Shown here: positions 16,929 through 24,862 of the stretch, one piece after another
Numbering within the stretch: position 1 is the first letter of the stretch
Layout: every line of letters starts with the position of its first letter
Origin: a virus
Lineage: Duplodnaviria; Caudoviricetes
Length of the DNA: 25,588 nucleotides
Reading direction: 5' to 3' (one strand)
Virus record (IMG/VR): IMGVR_UViG_3300048575_000462
Span: 1-25,588 of that record
The notes under the pieces: generated by a model
Database searches by the model: none
What the model was told of the DNA's origin: nothing
The model's input: only the letters and a program-made list of their open reading frames with translations
Position numbers and translations under genes: made by a program

Positions 16929-17777
16929 TTAGCTCTTGGTGCAGGTCAGAACGGCTGCGGCGGTCGGTCGGACAACCTTGGCGCCGTAGACGTGCAGGCC
17001 CTTCATCGCATCAGCGAAGCGCTTTTCAGGCCGGTAGCCTTCCACCGAAACGATCTGGTCGGCATAGGACCAAGCCATCTTGTGGCCGGCGGTGATCTTG
17101 TACTTGGTGCCAGATACCACCGGCGAGTTGTTGGACTTCAGGACCGTGAAGCCGGCAGCCTCACCGACCTGGCCATTCCGCAAGACCTGATCGCCGGTCG
17201 GGGTGCCCGACTTGACGAACCGGTCATCCTTTTGCAGCCGGCCATGGTACCAGGGCGGCAGGATGACCCAGCGGCCCTCTTGCGGGACATTGGCTTCGTC
17301 CAGCATGACGCCCAGATCCACGAGGTATTCGTAGGCCTTGGCGGCGGTGTCAATGGCGATCGGCGTGGTGTCATCGCCCAGGGTGTTGGTGAAGGCCGTG
17401 TACAGGCCGGCGATGTAGGTATCCGACACGTCCCGCAGGCCGTATGCCGATTCCCGCATCGCTTCGTCCATGACCTTGGGGGTCTGCTGAGCCTTGTCGA
17501 CGTCATCGACCTGGAAGTTGAAGAACTTCTGCTGATTGATCAGCAGTTCACGCTGAGCATCGGTCAGGGTCTCCGGGGCGGTGATGTCGGTGTTCTTGAC
17601 GTAATCACCGATCGTCACACGGCCGATGGAGTTGATCTTGACGGACGAGCCGGCGCCCCGGATTTCGCCCTCATACTCCCGGCCGATGACCAAATCCTGG
17701 CCATAGACGTGGGCCTTGTTGAGGTTCGCCAGCAAACGGGCGGACCAGAGCGCCGGAATGAAGTTATTGAGTGCCAT
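16929..17777 (-). CDS. Major capsid protein (P22 coat-like family, HK97 fold; 282 aa)
   Basis: 'NFIPALWSARLL', 'EYEGEI...G.SVKI', 'NGQVGEAAGF.V.KSNN' and 'FADAMKGLHVYGAKV'. AGGAG SD. Follows the scaffold gene. Confidence 0.92.
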   Translation of the reverse strand: MALNNFIPALWSARLLANLNKAHVYGQDLVIGREYEGEIRGAGSSVKINSIGRVTIGDYVKNTDITAPETLTDAQRELLINQQKFFNFQVDDVDKAQQTPKVMDEAMRESAYGLRDVSDTYIAGLYTAFTNTLGDDTTPIAIDTAAKAYEYLVDLGVMLDEANVPQEGRWVILPPWYHGRLQKDDRFVKSGTPTGDQVLRNGQVGEAAGFTVLKSNNSPVVSGTKYKITAGHKMAWSYADQIVSVEGYRPEKRFADAMKGLHVYGAKVVRPTAAAVLTCTKS

Positions 17778-17792
17778 GGCGGGCTATCTCCT

Positions 17793-18653
17793 CTACGTGA
17801 TAGGGCCTTCGGCCATCTGCTTGGAGATGGCGGCCCAATTGGCATTGATCTGGTCCGGGGTCATGGCCTCGATCTGGGCCTTGGTGAACTTGCCGCCGGC
17901 CCCGGTGCCGCCGGTCGTGGTGCCCGAGCCAGCCCCGTTGGTGCCCGAAGGCTCCAGGAAGAAAGGCCGGGTCGCCAGGAAGTCTTTTACATACTCGTCG
18001 GGAGACATCTTTTCGCCCTTGGCGTTGAATTTGACGCCAGTCACCGCCTCATTGAGGACCAGTTTTCCGGCCTCGTCGTAGGTGAAGTGACCGGCCAGCG
18101 TCTCGGCGACGATGGACTTGGCGTCAGCCCGAACCTTCAGGCCTTCGGCGATGCCGCTGATGAACAGCTCCTTTTCCCGCTTTTGGAGGGATTCGGTGGC
18201 CTGCTCGGCCCGCTTGTTCGCCTCCTGAACCTGGGTCTGATAGCCCTGTTCCTTCTGGCGCCAAACCTCGTCACCCTGTCCGGCGGCCGGCTTTTCCTTG
18301 CCGGTCGGAGGCGGGGTGCCGTCGCCTTTCAGCTTGGTGTCCAATTCCTCGATCGAGGCCACGCCGTAGCGCTTCAACAGATCGCGCTCGTATTCGTTGC
18401 GCCCCGCTCGATGGCCTTCCTGTTTCTCCTTGGTGGCGATCTTGGTGAGTTGGTCCTGAGTGATACCGCCGGCACCGCCGCCGGCATCCCCGTTACCCTG
18501 ATCACCTCCTTGGCCGGTACCGCCTGCAGCGCCGCCACCAGTCGCCCCGGTGGCACCGCCACCCTGACCACCAGCCGCACCACCGCCACCGGCCCCACCA
18601 TCGGGGGCAAAAGCAATCGTCATCAGGCCACTGAGAACACGAGAAAAGCGCAT
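17793..18653 (-). CDS. Capsid scaffolding protein (286 aa)
   Basis: Gly-rich flexible N-terminus, coiled coil, 'PFFL...GAGSG' and a short C-terminal helix pair. Directly upstream of the capsid gene. GGGAG SD. Confidence 0.82.
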   Translation of the reverse strand: MRFSRVLSGLMTIAFAPDGGAGGGGAAGGQGGGATGATGGGAAGGTGQGGDQGNGDAGGGAGGITQDQLTKIATKEKQEGHRAGRNEYERDLLKRYGVASIEELDTKLKGDGTPPPTGKEKPAAGQGDEVWRQKEQGYQTQVQEANKRAEQATESLQKREKELFISGIAEGLKVRADAKSIVAETLAGHFTYDEAGKLVLNEAVTGVKFNAKGEKMSPDEYVKDFLATRPFFLEPSGTNGAGSGTTTGGTGAGGKFTKAQIEAMTPDQINANWAAISKQMAEGPIT

Positions 18654-18736
18654 GAATGTCTCCCTATCCGCATCTGATCTGCGCCCATGGGTAGCGGTGT
18701 CCGCCAGGGCTGTCCCGGTAACCGCCGGGTACGGTC

Positions 18737-18767
18737 AAAGAAAGAGGCCGCCCCGTCTGGAGCGGCC
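18737..18767 (-). terminator. Intrinsic terminator downstream of the MuF gene
   Basis: GGCCGCTCC-AGAC-GGGGCGGCC followed by TCTTTCTTT on the minus strand. Confidence 0.75.
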
Positions 18768-18781
18768 ACAAAAAACCGTCG

Positions 18782-18790
18782 TGCTATGAT
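18782..18790 (+). promoter_or_regulatory. Candidate extended -10 promoter (TGcTATGAT) pointing into the structured RNA
   Basis: TGn-TATGAT with an upstream A-tract. The expected +1 (~18796-18797) coincides with the 5' end of the closing stem. Confidence 0.6.
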
Positions 18791-18795
18791 TGGGT

Positions 18796-18898
18796 CATCA
18801 GGTCTCTGCTGACACGGTGAACCTCCCGGCCGTAGCACCCGCCGCAAGGTGGGGAGCGCCAGAGGGGAATTGGGAGTCCCTCAAGCGGAGACCTGATG
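18796..18898 (+). ncRNA. Candidate ~103-nt structured ncRNA (four-stem junction with kissing loops), family unknown
   Basis: P1 CATCAGGTCTC 18796-806 / GAGACCTGATG 18888-898. P2 ACGGT 18814-18 / GCCGT 18829-33. P3 CCCGCC-GCAA-GGTGGG 18838-53. P4 GAGGGG 18862-67 / TCCCTC 18877-82. Loop CTCCC 18823-27 complements loop GGGAG 18872-76. The non-canonical pairs are G-U on + but A-C on -. Confidence 0.7.
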
Positions 18899-18899
18899 C

Positions 18900-20171
18900 C
18901 TATTTCAGGCCGTCCCGGATGATCTGCCAGCGCTTGCGGGCCCTGGCGATGTCCGCTTTCTGTGCGAACCGGATCGAGGTCAGGAATACGCCCTCACCGC
19001 TCTGTGTCGCCTTCAGCGCCGCATAGATCAGCGTTTCCGCCTTCTGCATCACCACCAGCGTCCGGTCACCGTCCTTGGCGATCAGGTCAGCCCCGGACAC
19101 CAGCGACGGGATGGAGGTGTAGACCACCGTTGGCAGCTCGGCGTGATGGGCCTTCTGCTTGGTCATCGTGGCCCCTGAGAGCTGCACGACGTCCGTTTTG
19201 GCACCGATCGCCTCCCGCAGGTCATCCGGTAGGGTGGCCACCTGGATCGCCTCTTCTGGCTGCCACTGGTCCCTCTCGACAAACCGCCGAATGGTCTCCC
19301 GCCGGGCGTCCTTCGGTTGGGACAGGGCCTGCACGGCTTTGGCCACGATGGCTTTCAGCTTGCGGACCACCAGCCGGCAGCGGCACCGGGGATGGGAGCA
19401 CGGGCGCATGCCCCGCCACCCGTCGTCGGCGACGAAGTTCTCATCGACCGGGATGCCGGCTTCCGGTCCGTTGTACTTGCGGTGCAGGCTCCGGCAGCGG
19501 CGTGACGTCACATTGTCCAGGTTCGCCATCCAGCCCTTGCCCACCGGGCGGCCATCGGCCTGGGCCTTCTCGATGGTCTTCAGGTGGCCGTCGTTGAAGG
19601 CGTCGCCCATCTCCGTCCGGGCCATGGCTTCGGCCCGGTCCTCGACGGACTTGAAAACGCCCTTGCGAATGCCGTCGAGCGTCAAGCCGGTAGCGGTGAT
19701 CTGCTTGATGACCTGCTTGGGGTGCAGACCCTGGCCAATGCCTACCGCAATCTCGGTACGAATGCCGGTGAGCACGGACTGGGTAACACCCTTGATCTTC
19801 TCGCCGGCCTTCAGGGTGACCCACTCGACCGCTTCAGGGTTCAGGCGGCTCAGCCCGGCCACTATGCCCTGATCACCCAAGGCATTGCCCGTCTCTGTGG
19901 CGGCCGTCTTGGCGCCGAAGCGGGCGTTACCAGCCACCCGGGGCAACAGGGCATCGCTCAGGCGGCTTTCCAGGGCCTTGATTTGCTTCTCCACCTGGAC
20001 GAGCATCGACTTCCGGTGGGCGAAGGTCATCGGGGCGTCAGGGCCTCCTAGTTCGACCAGGCGCCCGAGCAGCTCCAGCCTGGTCTGCTCCCAGACCGCC
20101 AGCACCGCCTTGGCCGCTTCGTCCTCGGCATCCAGTAGCCGGCGCTCGATGTCGTCTGGTTGCTGTGGCAC
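18900..20171 (-). CDS. Minor head protein (Mu gpF/SPP1 gp7 family) fused to a C-terminal PBECR2-like ribonuclease domain (423 aa)
   Basis: MuF motifs ARTE, KGW...D...RC..LH and HPRCRC. The last ~130 aa carry 'V.LS..TMTKQKAHHAEL..Y..I...ALKAT..GE.VFLTS', which I recognise as a phage BECR-fold nuclease pattern. Confidence 0.8.
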   Translation of the reverse strand: MPQQPDDIERRLLDAEDEAAKAVLAVWEQTRLELLGRLVELGGPDAPMTFAHRKSMLVQVEKQIKALESRLSDALLPRVAGNARFGAKTAATETGNALGDQGIVAGLSRLNPEAVEWVTLKAGEKIKGVTQSVLTGIRTEIAVGIGQGLHPKQVIKQITATGLTLDGIRKGVFKSVEDRAEAMARTEMGDAFNDGHLKTIEKAQADGRPVGKGWMANLDNVTSRRCRSLHRKYNGPEAGIPVDENFVADDGWRGMRPCSHPRCRCRLVVRKLKAIVAKAVQALSQPKDARRETIRRFVERDQWQPEEAIQVATLPDDLREAIGAKTDVVQLSGATMTKQKAHHAELPTVVYTSIPSLVSGADLIAKDGDRTLVVMQKAETLIYAALKATQSGEGVFLTSIRFAQKADIARARKRWQIIRDGLK

Positions 20172-20192
20172 CGCCTACCTACCCCTCTCCGA

Positions 20193-20387
20193 TCAGTGCC
20201 CCAGGTGCCAGAAGCCGCAGAACCGGCACCGATAGACGAACAGCAGTTCGCCGCCCACGTCCTTGATCTTGGCTTTGGCCCATTCGCCCTCGTGGCGCCT
20301 CTTGAAACGGCGCTTAGAGCCGCATTCCTTTCGCCGCACCTGGCGACGGATGCGGTCCGGCAGCGCCTTGTGGCTGGTGTCCCGCAT
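20193..20387 (-). CDS. Small basic zinc-binding protein (64 aa)
   Basis: C..K.RF ... YRCRFCGFWHL motif, seen in small phage proteins. Fills the portal-MuF gap. Confidence 0.7.
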   Translation of the reverse strand: MRDTSHKALPDRIRRQVRRKECGSKRRFKRRHEGEWAKAKIKDVGGELLFVYRCRFCGFWHLGH

Positions 20388-20390
20388 GGG

Positions 20391-22007
20391 TCACGCCGCC
20401 GCTGCCGCTGGTTGCTTCTGCCCCTGGCGATCGGCCGGCGGTGCCTGCTGCTGGTCCTGGCCGTTGGCGGCAGTGCCGCCCTGCTGTGCGCCGTGCAGGT
20501 CGCCTTGTTCGGTCTCGATTCGGGCTTTGATTTCCTCGTCGATGATGGCCAGAACCTCGGCCGGCAGATCCGGCAGCGCCTTGCGGGCGATCGCCTGACA
20601 GAGCATGACCAGAAACGTCGGACTGAACCGGCCGGGCAGCTCTTGAAGCATCACGGCGTTGGCCAGGTCGTCGGACAGGCTGGACACGTCGAACTTGGGC
20701 GGGTAAGTCACCAGATCGTCCGGAATGTCGCCCTTCCCGCCGTTCCACAAGTCCACCAGGCGATACAGGGCCATCTCGGCCTTTTGCAGGTTGGCGGCGA
20801 ACGACACCAGGACCGCACCCAAGCGCTGGTCAAAGTCGATCTGCTGAGCGGTGCCACTTTCGGCGGCGCCTGACTTGCTGGATTCGTTCCGCAGGCTGGC
20901 AAGCTCGTGGGACTGCTCCAGCTTCCGGGAGACCGCATCGAGCAAAAGGACTGCCTGGGCGGCGTCCGGGCTGATGTACTGCGGCCCTTGCTTGGCGTCC
21001 GGGTTGGTCCACAACACCGAGTTAAGGCCGAGCTTGACTGCCGCCTTCAGCATGGTTTCGTTGATCTTGCCGGTAGCGTCGATAAGCGACACGTCCAGCA
21101 GATCCTGAGGCATGACGAGCTGTGAAAACGTCTGCTTGTGCAGGATTTCGTTCAGGCACGACAGCAGGCCGGCGATTTCCCGATCAAGCGGGGCAATATC
21201 GTCCACCAGGCCGACCGACAGCCATTCGTTGCCCTCCCGGAAATCCAGGAAGTGGCCCGGCACGCAATCCTTTTTGAAGCCGTGCGGGATCTCCCCGGTG
21301 GGTAGCCGGCCATCCGTCGGGGTCAGCTCCTCGTACCCGTCCGGCTTGTCTTTGTTCGCCATGAACAGGCGCCAGCCCTTGCGGGTCCACAGGCGATACC
21401 GCGGCTTGACCTCCATCGTGGATTTGATGGGGTCGGCGTCGTCACGGAACCATTCCCGCAGCAGAACCCAATTTAGCTGGCCATCAGCGCCCCAACTGTA
21501 GTTCAGGACGTCTTCAGGGCCGACCATGTAGGCATACGGCGCCTTTTCATCGGCCTTGGTGGCGGCGTAGCCCTCTGGCCGGTCGACCACCAGGAAAACC
21601 CGGTACAGGCTGCCGTAGGCGGCAAAGGCCCGCATCTGGTCAATCAGGCTGTCGCCCTTTAGCGACGCCTTTTTGCGGAAGTCCTCAATATGCTTGCCTG
21701 CCGCCTTGCGGGTCGCCGGGGTCCGGAAGATGTGCCCGACGTAGGTATCCACGACCTTACGGGTGATCGGCAGGCGGGTAGCCCGCTTCACCCGGGCTTT
21801 ATAGGCGCCGTCATCCTCAAGCTGGTACTGAGGCAGGTTTTCGCAGTTGAACCACTCGGGCCCGCCTTCGTAGCTCTCCCGCAGGAACTTCCAGAACGGC
21901 AAACGGTCGTCGTATTTGGGCGTCCGCTTGTCGAGAAAGGGCTTTTCGGCGTCGCCAGCCATTTCCGAGACGCTGCGGTACTCGGTTTTGGTAGTGGCTT
22001 GGGTCAT
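20391..22007 (-). CDS. Portal protein (538 aa)
   Basis: Follows TerL with an ATGA overlap. 'Y..R..RA', 'FLVVD.P...PYAY...E..LNY' and 'AESG.A...D' portal motifs. Confidence 0.9.
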   Translation of the reverse strand: MTQATTKTEYRSVSEMAGDAEKPFLDKRTPKYDDRLPFWKFLRESYEGGPEWFNCENLPQYQLEDDGAYKARVKRATRLPITRKVVDTYVGHIFRTPATRKAAGKHIEDFRKKASLKGDSLIDQMRAFAAYGSLYRVFLVVDRPEGYAATKADEKAPYAYMVGPEDVLNYSWGADGQLNWVLLREWFRDDADPIKSTMEVKPRYRLWTRKGWRLFMANKDKPDGYEELTPTDGRLPTGEIPHGFKKDCVPGHFLDFREGNEWLSVGLVDDIAPLDREIAGLLSCLNEILHKQTFSQLVMPQDLLDVSLIDATGKINETMLKAAVKLGLNSVLWTNPDAKQGPQYISPDAAQAVLLLDAVSRKLEQSHELASLRNESSKSGAAESGTAQQIDFDQRLGAVLVSFAANLQKAEMALYRLVDLWNGGKGDIPDDLVTYPPKFDVSSLSDDLANAVMLQELPGRFSPTFLVMLCQAIARKALPDLPAEVLAIIDEEIKARIETEQGDLHGAQQGGTAANGQDQQQAPPADRQGQKQPAAAAA

Positions 22008-23251
22008 GACCTCGAACTCCCGATCGTCTGATAGCGGACCTTGCCGAAAAGCGTCTGCTCACGGTAACGACAGGCGTCCATCCCGTGATCGTTCTGTTTC
22101 AGCGGCTTGTCTTCGCCCTTCTTCTGGGCCTTGGGACACCACGAATAGGTGCCGAACTCGCGGGTAAGGTTGGGGCAGCGGGTGCGATGGACCCACATCT
22201 TGTCCCGCCCCAGTCGATTGGAGACACAGCGGATGCCGGGAACAACCTCGTTGTCGGCATCAACGACGTTGAAGCCCTTTTGTTTCAGGACCACCCGGAA
22301 CGAGGCGGCAGACGGGTCTAGGAACACCCGGCGGGGGTGGATGTCGCCCAAGAACTCGATTAGATCGGCCATGTACTGGTCATCGGATTTCGAGGCCTTT
22401 TCCCGGCCGTCGTACCAATACTCCCGGTCGTACCAGGATTGATCCCCCTTGGCGCCCACGAGGTAGGCCGCAAAGGGGTTTCGAGTGCCGTAGTCAATGG
22501 TCAGGTCGTAATAGTCGAACTCCGGCGCCTGCCCGTCCGTGTAGCCGTGCCGCTCCAAGCTGAACACGTCATGGATGAGGCCTTCGGCCAGGCACCACAG
22601 CCCCAGCACGAACCGGCGATAGAACAGGCCAGAATGGCTGCGCCGGACGTCGGCCTTGTAGTCCTCGGACAGCGCCAGATTGTCGTCAAGGGTGAAATGC
22701 CAGTACTGGAGGTAGCCGACCAGTTCGGCCATCTTCTCGATGTACTTGACGTGAATCCAGTGGAACGGCGAGTCAGGGTTGGTGGTCCAGATGGAGCAAC
22801 CCCGGCCGGCGCTGCACCGCATGAGCGACTGAACCAGCACGTTTTCAGGGATCAGCGTCGCCTCATCGACGTAGCAGCCCCAGATGGTCATGCCCCGGAT
22901 CTTGTTTTCGGCCCGGACGTCGTTGGCGCCCACACAGTGGATCACCCGGCCGTACAGGACAAGGCAGCCCTCGGTGTAGTGGGCATGCCATGGCCCGACG
23001 ATGAGCAACAGCGTGTCGATGATGTTGCGCTTCAGCGTGTCAATCGTGACACCCAGCATCAGGAGCTGCGCCCCGGGCGGGGTTTCCTCCCGCACATACC
23101 GGACGAACCGGATGATGCTGGAAATCGTCTTTCCTGACCGGACCTGACCATCAAGCAGGTTCAACCGGGTCAGCGGCGCCGTGATGACCTCAAGCTGGCG
23201 CTCGCTGAACGGCTGGTAATCGAAGACGGGCGAACCAATCTCGGGCGTCAT
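22004..23251 (-). CDS. terL: Terminase large subunit, PBSX/SPP1-like (415 aa)
   Basis: Walker A GQVRSGKT, Walker B CYVDEAT, TTNP motif, nuclease motifs IDYG and DHGMDACRY. Confidence 0.95.
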   Translation of the reverse strand: MTPEIGSPVFDYQPFSERQLEVITAPLTRLNLLDGQVRSGKTISSIIRFVRYVREETPPGAQLLMLGVTIDTLKRNIIDTLLLIVGPWHAHYTEGCLVLYGRVIHCVGANDVRAENKIRGMTIWGCYVDEATLIPENVLVQSLMRCSAGRGCSIWTTNPDSPFHWIHVKYIEKMAELVGYLQYWHFTLDDNLALSEDYKADVRRSHSGLFYRRFVLGLWCLAEGLIHDVFSLERHGYTDGQAPEFDYYDLTIDYGTRNPFAAYLVGAKGDQSWYDREYWYDGREKASKSDDQYMADLIEFLGDIHPRRVFLDPSAASFRVVLKQKGFNVVDADNEVVPGIRCVSNRLGRDKMWVHRTRCPNLTREFGTYSWCPKAQKKGEDKPLKQNDHGMDACRYREQTLFGKVRYQTIGSSRS

Positions 23252-24018
23252 GGCTCGGCCTGGCCTTCTGTCTCGGCCTGGCGCTTCTGCCGCAACAGCT
23301 CGGCGCTCTTCTCGATCGCCTTGGTGAGCGCATCCATGGGGGCGTTGGGATCGCCGCCCTTCTGGCCCTTGGCCTTCTCGATCGCCAGGCGCTCCCGCTC
23401 CAGTTCCAGTTGCTCCCGCTTCAGCTCCCGCAGCTCGGCGTTGTGGCGGATGGCCTCACGGTCAGTGGCGTTCCAGCCCATGAGCTTGGCGAGCTGGGCC
23501 CCGGCGGCAAGCTTGTCGTACGTCTTGATCTCCATCGAGACGCCGAACATGCCGGGCTTGTAGCTGATGCTGGCAATCGTGTTGGCGACGTCGGCGCCCA
23601 GCCCCTCGTGGAACTCTTCCTTGGCGTCGCCGTTTGCGTCCCGCTCCTCGTGTACGCCGTCGTGGCTGAAGTTCGGCTTGAAGTAGCCGGGGCCCCATTC
23701 CCCGATCTTGCGGGGATCCAGGCGGATGACGTTGGTCAAGAGCTGGACAACCTCAACCTCGTTGATCCCGACGACGTCGGCGGCGTTCTCCCGGAGCTGC
23801 TGAATGCGGGCTTGGATCTTGGGCCGCTGCAGGAGCTGATACGCTTGGGCCGCCTGAGCGACATGGTCAGAGGCCTTGTATCCGGCCCGGCGGACAGCCT
23901 CAGCGCCGTTGCCCTTGCACAGGAGGTAGTGCGTGCAGAAGGCATCTTCCAGCATTGAGAGCTTGGAGCCTTTGCTGCCCCGCTTAGCCGCCTTGCCGGC
24001 CTTCTTCTTGCCGGCCAT
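23248..24018 (-). CDS. terS: Terminase small subunit (256 aa)
   Basis: 'FC..Y....NGAEA..RAGY...A..LL..P.I' HTH and 'K.YDK..A...L.K..G'. ATGA overlap with terL. Confidence 0.9.
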   Translation of the reverse strand: MAGKKKAGKAAKRGSKGSKLSMLEDAFCTHYLLCKGNGAEAVRRAGYKASDHVAQAAQAYQLLQRPKIQARIQQLRENAADVVGINEVEVVQLLTNVIRLDPRKIGEWGPGYFKPNFSHDGVHEERDANGDAKEEFHEGLGADVANTIASISYKPGMFGVSMEIKTYDKLAAGAQLAKLMGWNATDREAIRHNAELRELKREQLELERERLAIEKAKGQKGGDPNAPMDALTKAIEKSAELLRQKRQAETEGQAEP

Positions 24019-24145
24019 TGGTCACCTCGTCACGTCGTTTCCGGCGGCGCCGGGCCTTGGGCGATCGGCTGACCGCTTCGGCCTTTGACCGCTTGGCGTG
24101 GCCCTCGGGTCGCCGTGGCGCCCGCTGCTTGCGGCCGCCGGTCAT
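23984..24145 (-). CDS. Small Arg/Lys-rich protein (53 aa), not in the supplied ORF track
   Basis: ATG at 24145 overlaps the TGA of 24142-24453 (ATGA). Translation: MTGGRKQRAPRRPEGHAKRSKAEAVSRSPKARRRRKRRDEVTNGRQEEGRQGG. Overlaps the terS start. Confidence 0.45.
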   Translation of the reverse strand: MTGGRKQRAPRRPEGHAKRSKAEAVSRSPKARRRRKRRDEVTNGRQEEGRQGG

Positions 24146-24453
24146 GCGCCGATGCGGCGCCAACTATCGGCGATCCCCTCGGGGACGACCGGCCGGCCAG
24201 GTGCATCGGGCAGGAACCGCCCGGACTTCTCTGGTTGCATGAAGTCCATGGCGCTCAGCCCCTGCATCACCGGCACTCGACGGTACTCCCCGGCCCTTGG
24301 GCCCCGTTGGTACGTGGGCGTATCAGCCCTGTCATCGCCTGCGAAGTCGTTGATGATCCGGCATGGGACGTTGGTGCGGCCACGCATATTGCGGCTGTCG
24401 CCGGAGAACCCCACGGCGTGATCGTGCTGAGTCTTTTGCTTCCGTCGTCCCAC
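24142..24453 (-). CDS. Hypothetical protein (103 aa)
   Basis: GTG start with GGGGAGG SD, same strand as the operon. Confidence 0.55.
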   Translation of the reverse strand: MGRRKQKTQHDHAVGFSGDSRNMRGRTNVPCRIINDFAGDDRADTPTYQRGPRAGEYRRVPVMQGLSAMDFMQPEKSGRFLPDAPGRPVVPEGIADSWRRIGA

Positions 24454-24479
24454 GTTGTGACCCTCCCCGGCTCAATCGA

Positions 24480-24510
24480 AAGGCCCCCAGCGGCATCACC
24501 TGGGGGCCTT
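24480..24510 (-). terminator. Strong hairpin, possible early terminator of the late transcript
   Basis: 11-bp perfect stem AAGGCCCCCAG/CTGGGGGCCTT. The U-tail is weak. Confidence 0.55.
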
Positions 24511-24519
24511 AAGGTCGGG

Positions 24520-24711
24520 TCACCGAGAGTTGAAAGCGCCCGATCGGATCGAGTGCTTCGGGCCGTCGGACATCACCTTGGATGCGTCGTCCCGGTGGAA
24601 GCTGTGGACGTTCTTGTGGTTCTTGGCGATGCCGTCGGAGTCCCGACCGCTGTCGTGGCGAACCGCCTGGGTGAACTGGTAGCGCTTGTGCTGTCCGCCT
24701 TTGGTCGCCAT
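24520..24711 (-). CDS. Small hydrophilic His/Lys/Arg-rich hypothetical protein (63 aa)
   Basis: ATG 24711 with GGAGG SD, followed by a hairpin. Confidence 0.55.
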   Translation of the reverse strand: MATKGGQHKRYQFTQAVRHDSGRDSDGIAKNHKNVHSFHRDDASKVMSDGPKHSIRSGAFNSR

Positions 24712-24815
24712 CTGGCCTCCGTTGGGCATGGCTGGTCCGGCTTCCGCCGATCGACCCGCAGGGATCGTGCTACCCGAGCATCACGGGATCTGCTGAAAGC
24801 AATCGATTGGTAACT

Positions 24816-24845
24816 ATCCTAGCATGGCTGAAACCATGTCTGCAA
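24816..24845 (-). promoter_or_regulatory. Candidate late-operon promoter TTGCAG-N18-TAGGAT with extended TG
   Basis: Sigma70-like hexamers in the intergenic region upstream of the packaging genes. Confidence 0.45.
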
Positions 24846-24862
24846 GCGTGTTTCAGGTCGTT

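Noticed and set aside
18470-18600. GGC/GGT-rich repeats (also ~7980-8050)
   Set aside because: They encode Gly-rich linkers and are not a DNA repeat array or CRISPR.
16425-18677. 750-aa plus-strand ORF
   Set aside because: Antisense to the well-supported scaffold and capsid genes, with the composition of a shadow frame.
18660-18730. Small hairpins in the scaffold 5' leader
   Set aside because: Short GC stems are expected by chance at this GC content.
18796-18898. Structured element as a tRNA, simple terminator or MITE
   Set aside because: No T-loop or anticodon-arm consensus and no CCA end; no U-tract; no target-site duplication seen; the internal stems are strand-biased.
18623-19026. Short ORFs 18623-18847 (-) and 18790-19026 (+) as a protein immunity gene
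   Set aside because: No SD, Arg/Pro-rich non-coding-like composition, and they overlap the terminator, the RNA structure or neighbouring genes. Not formally excluded.
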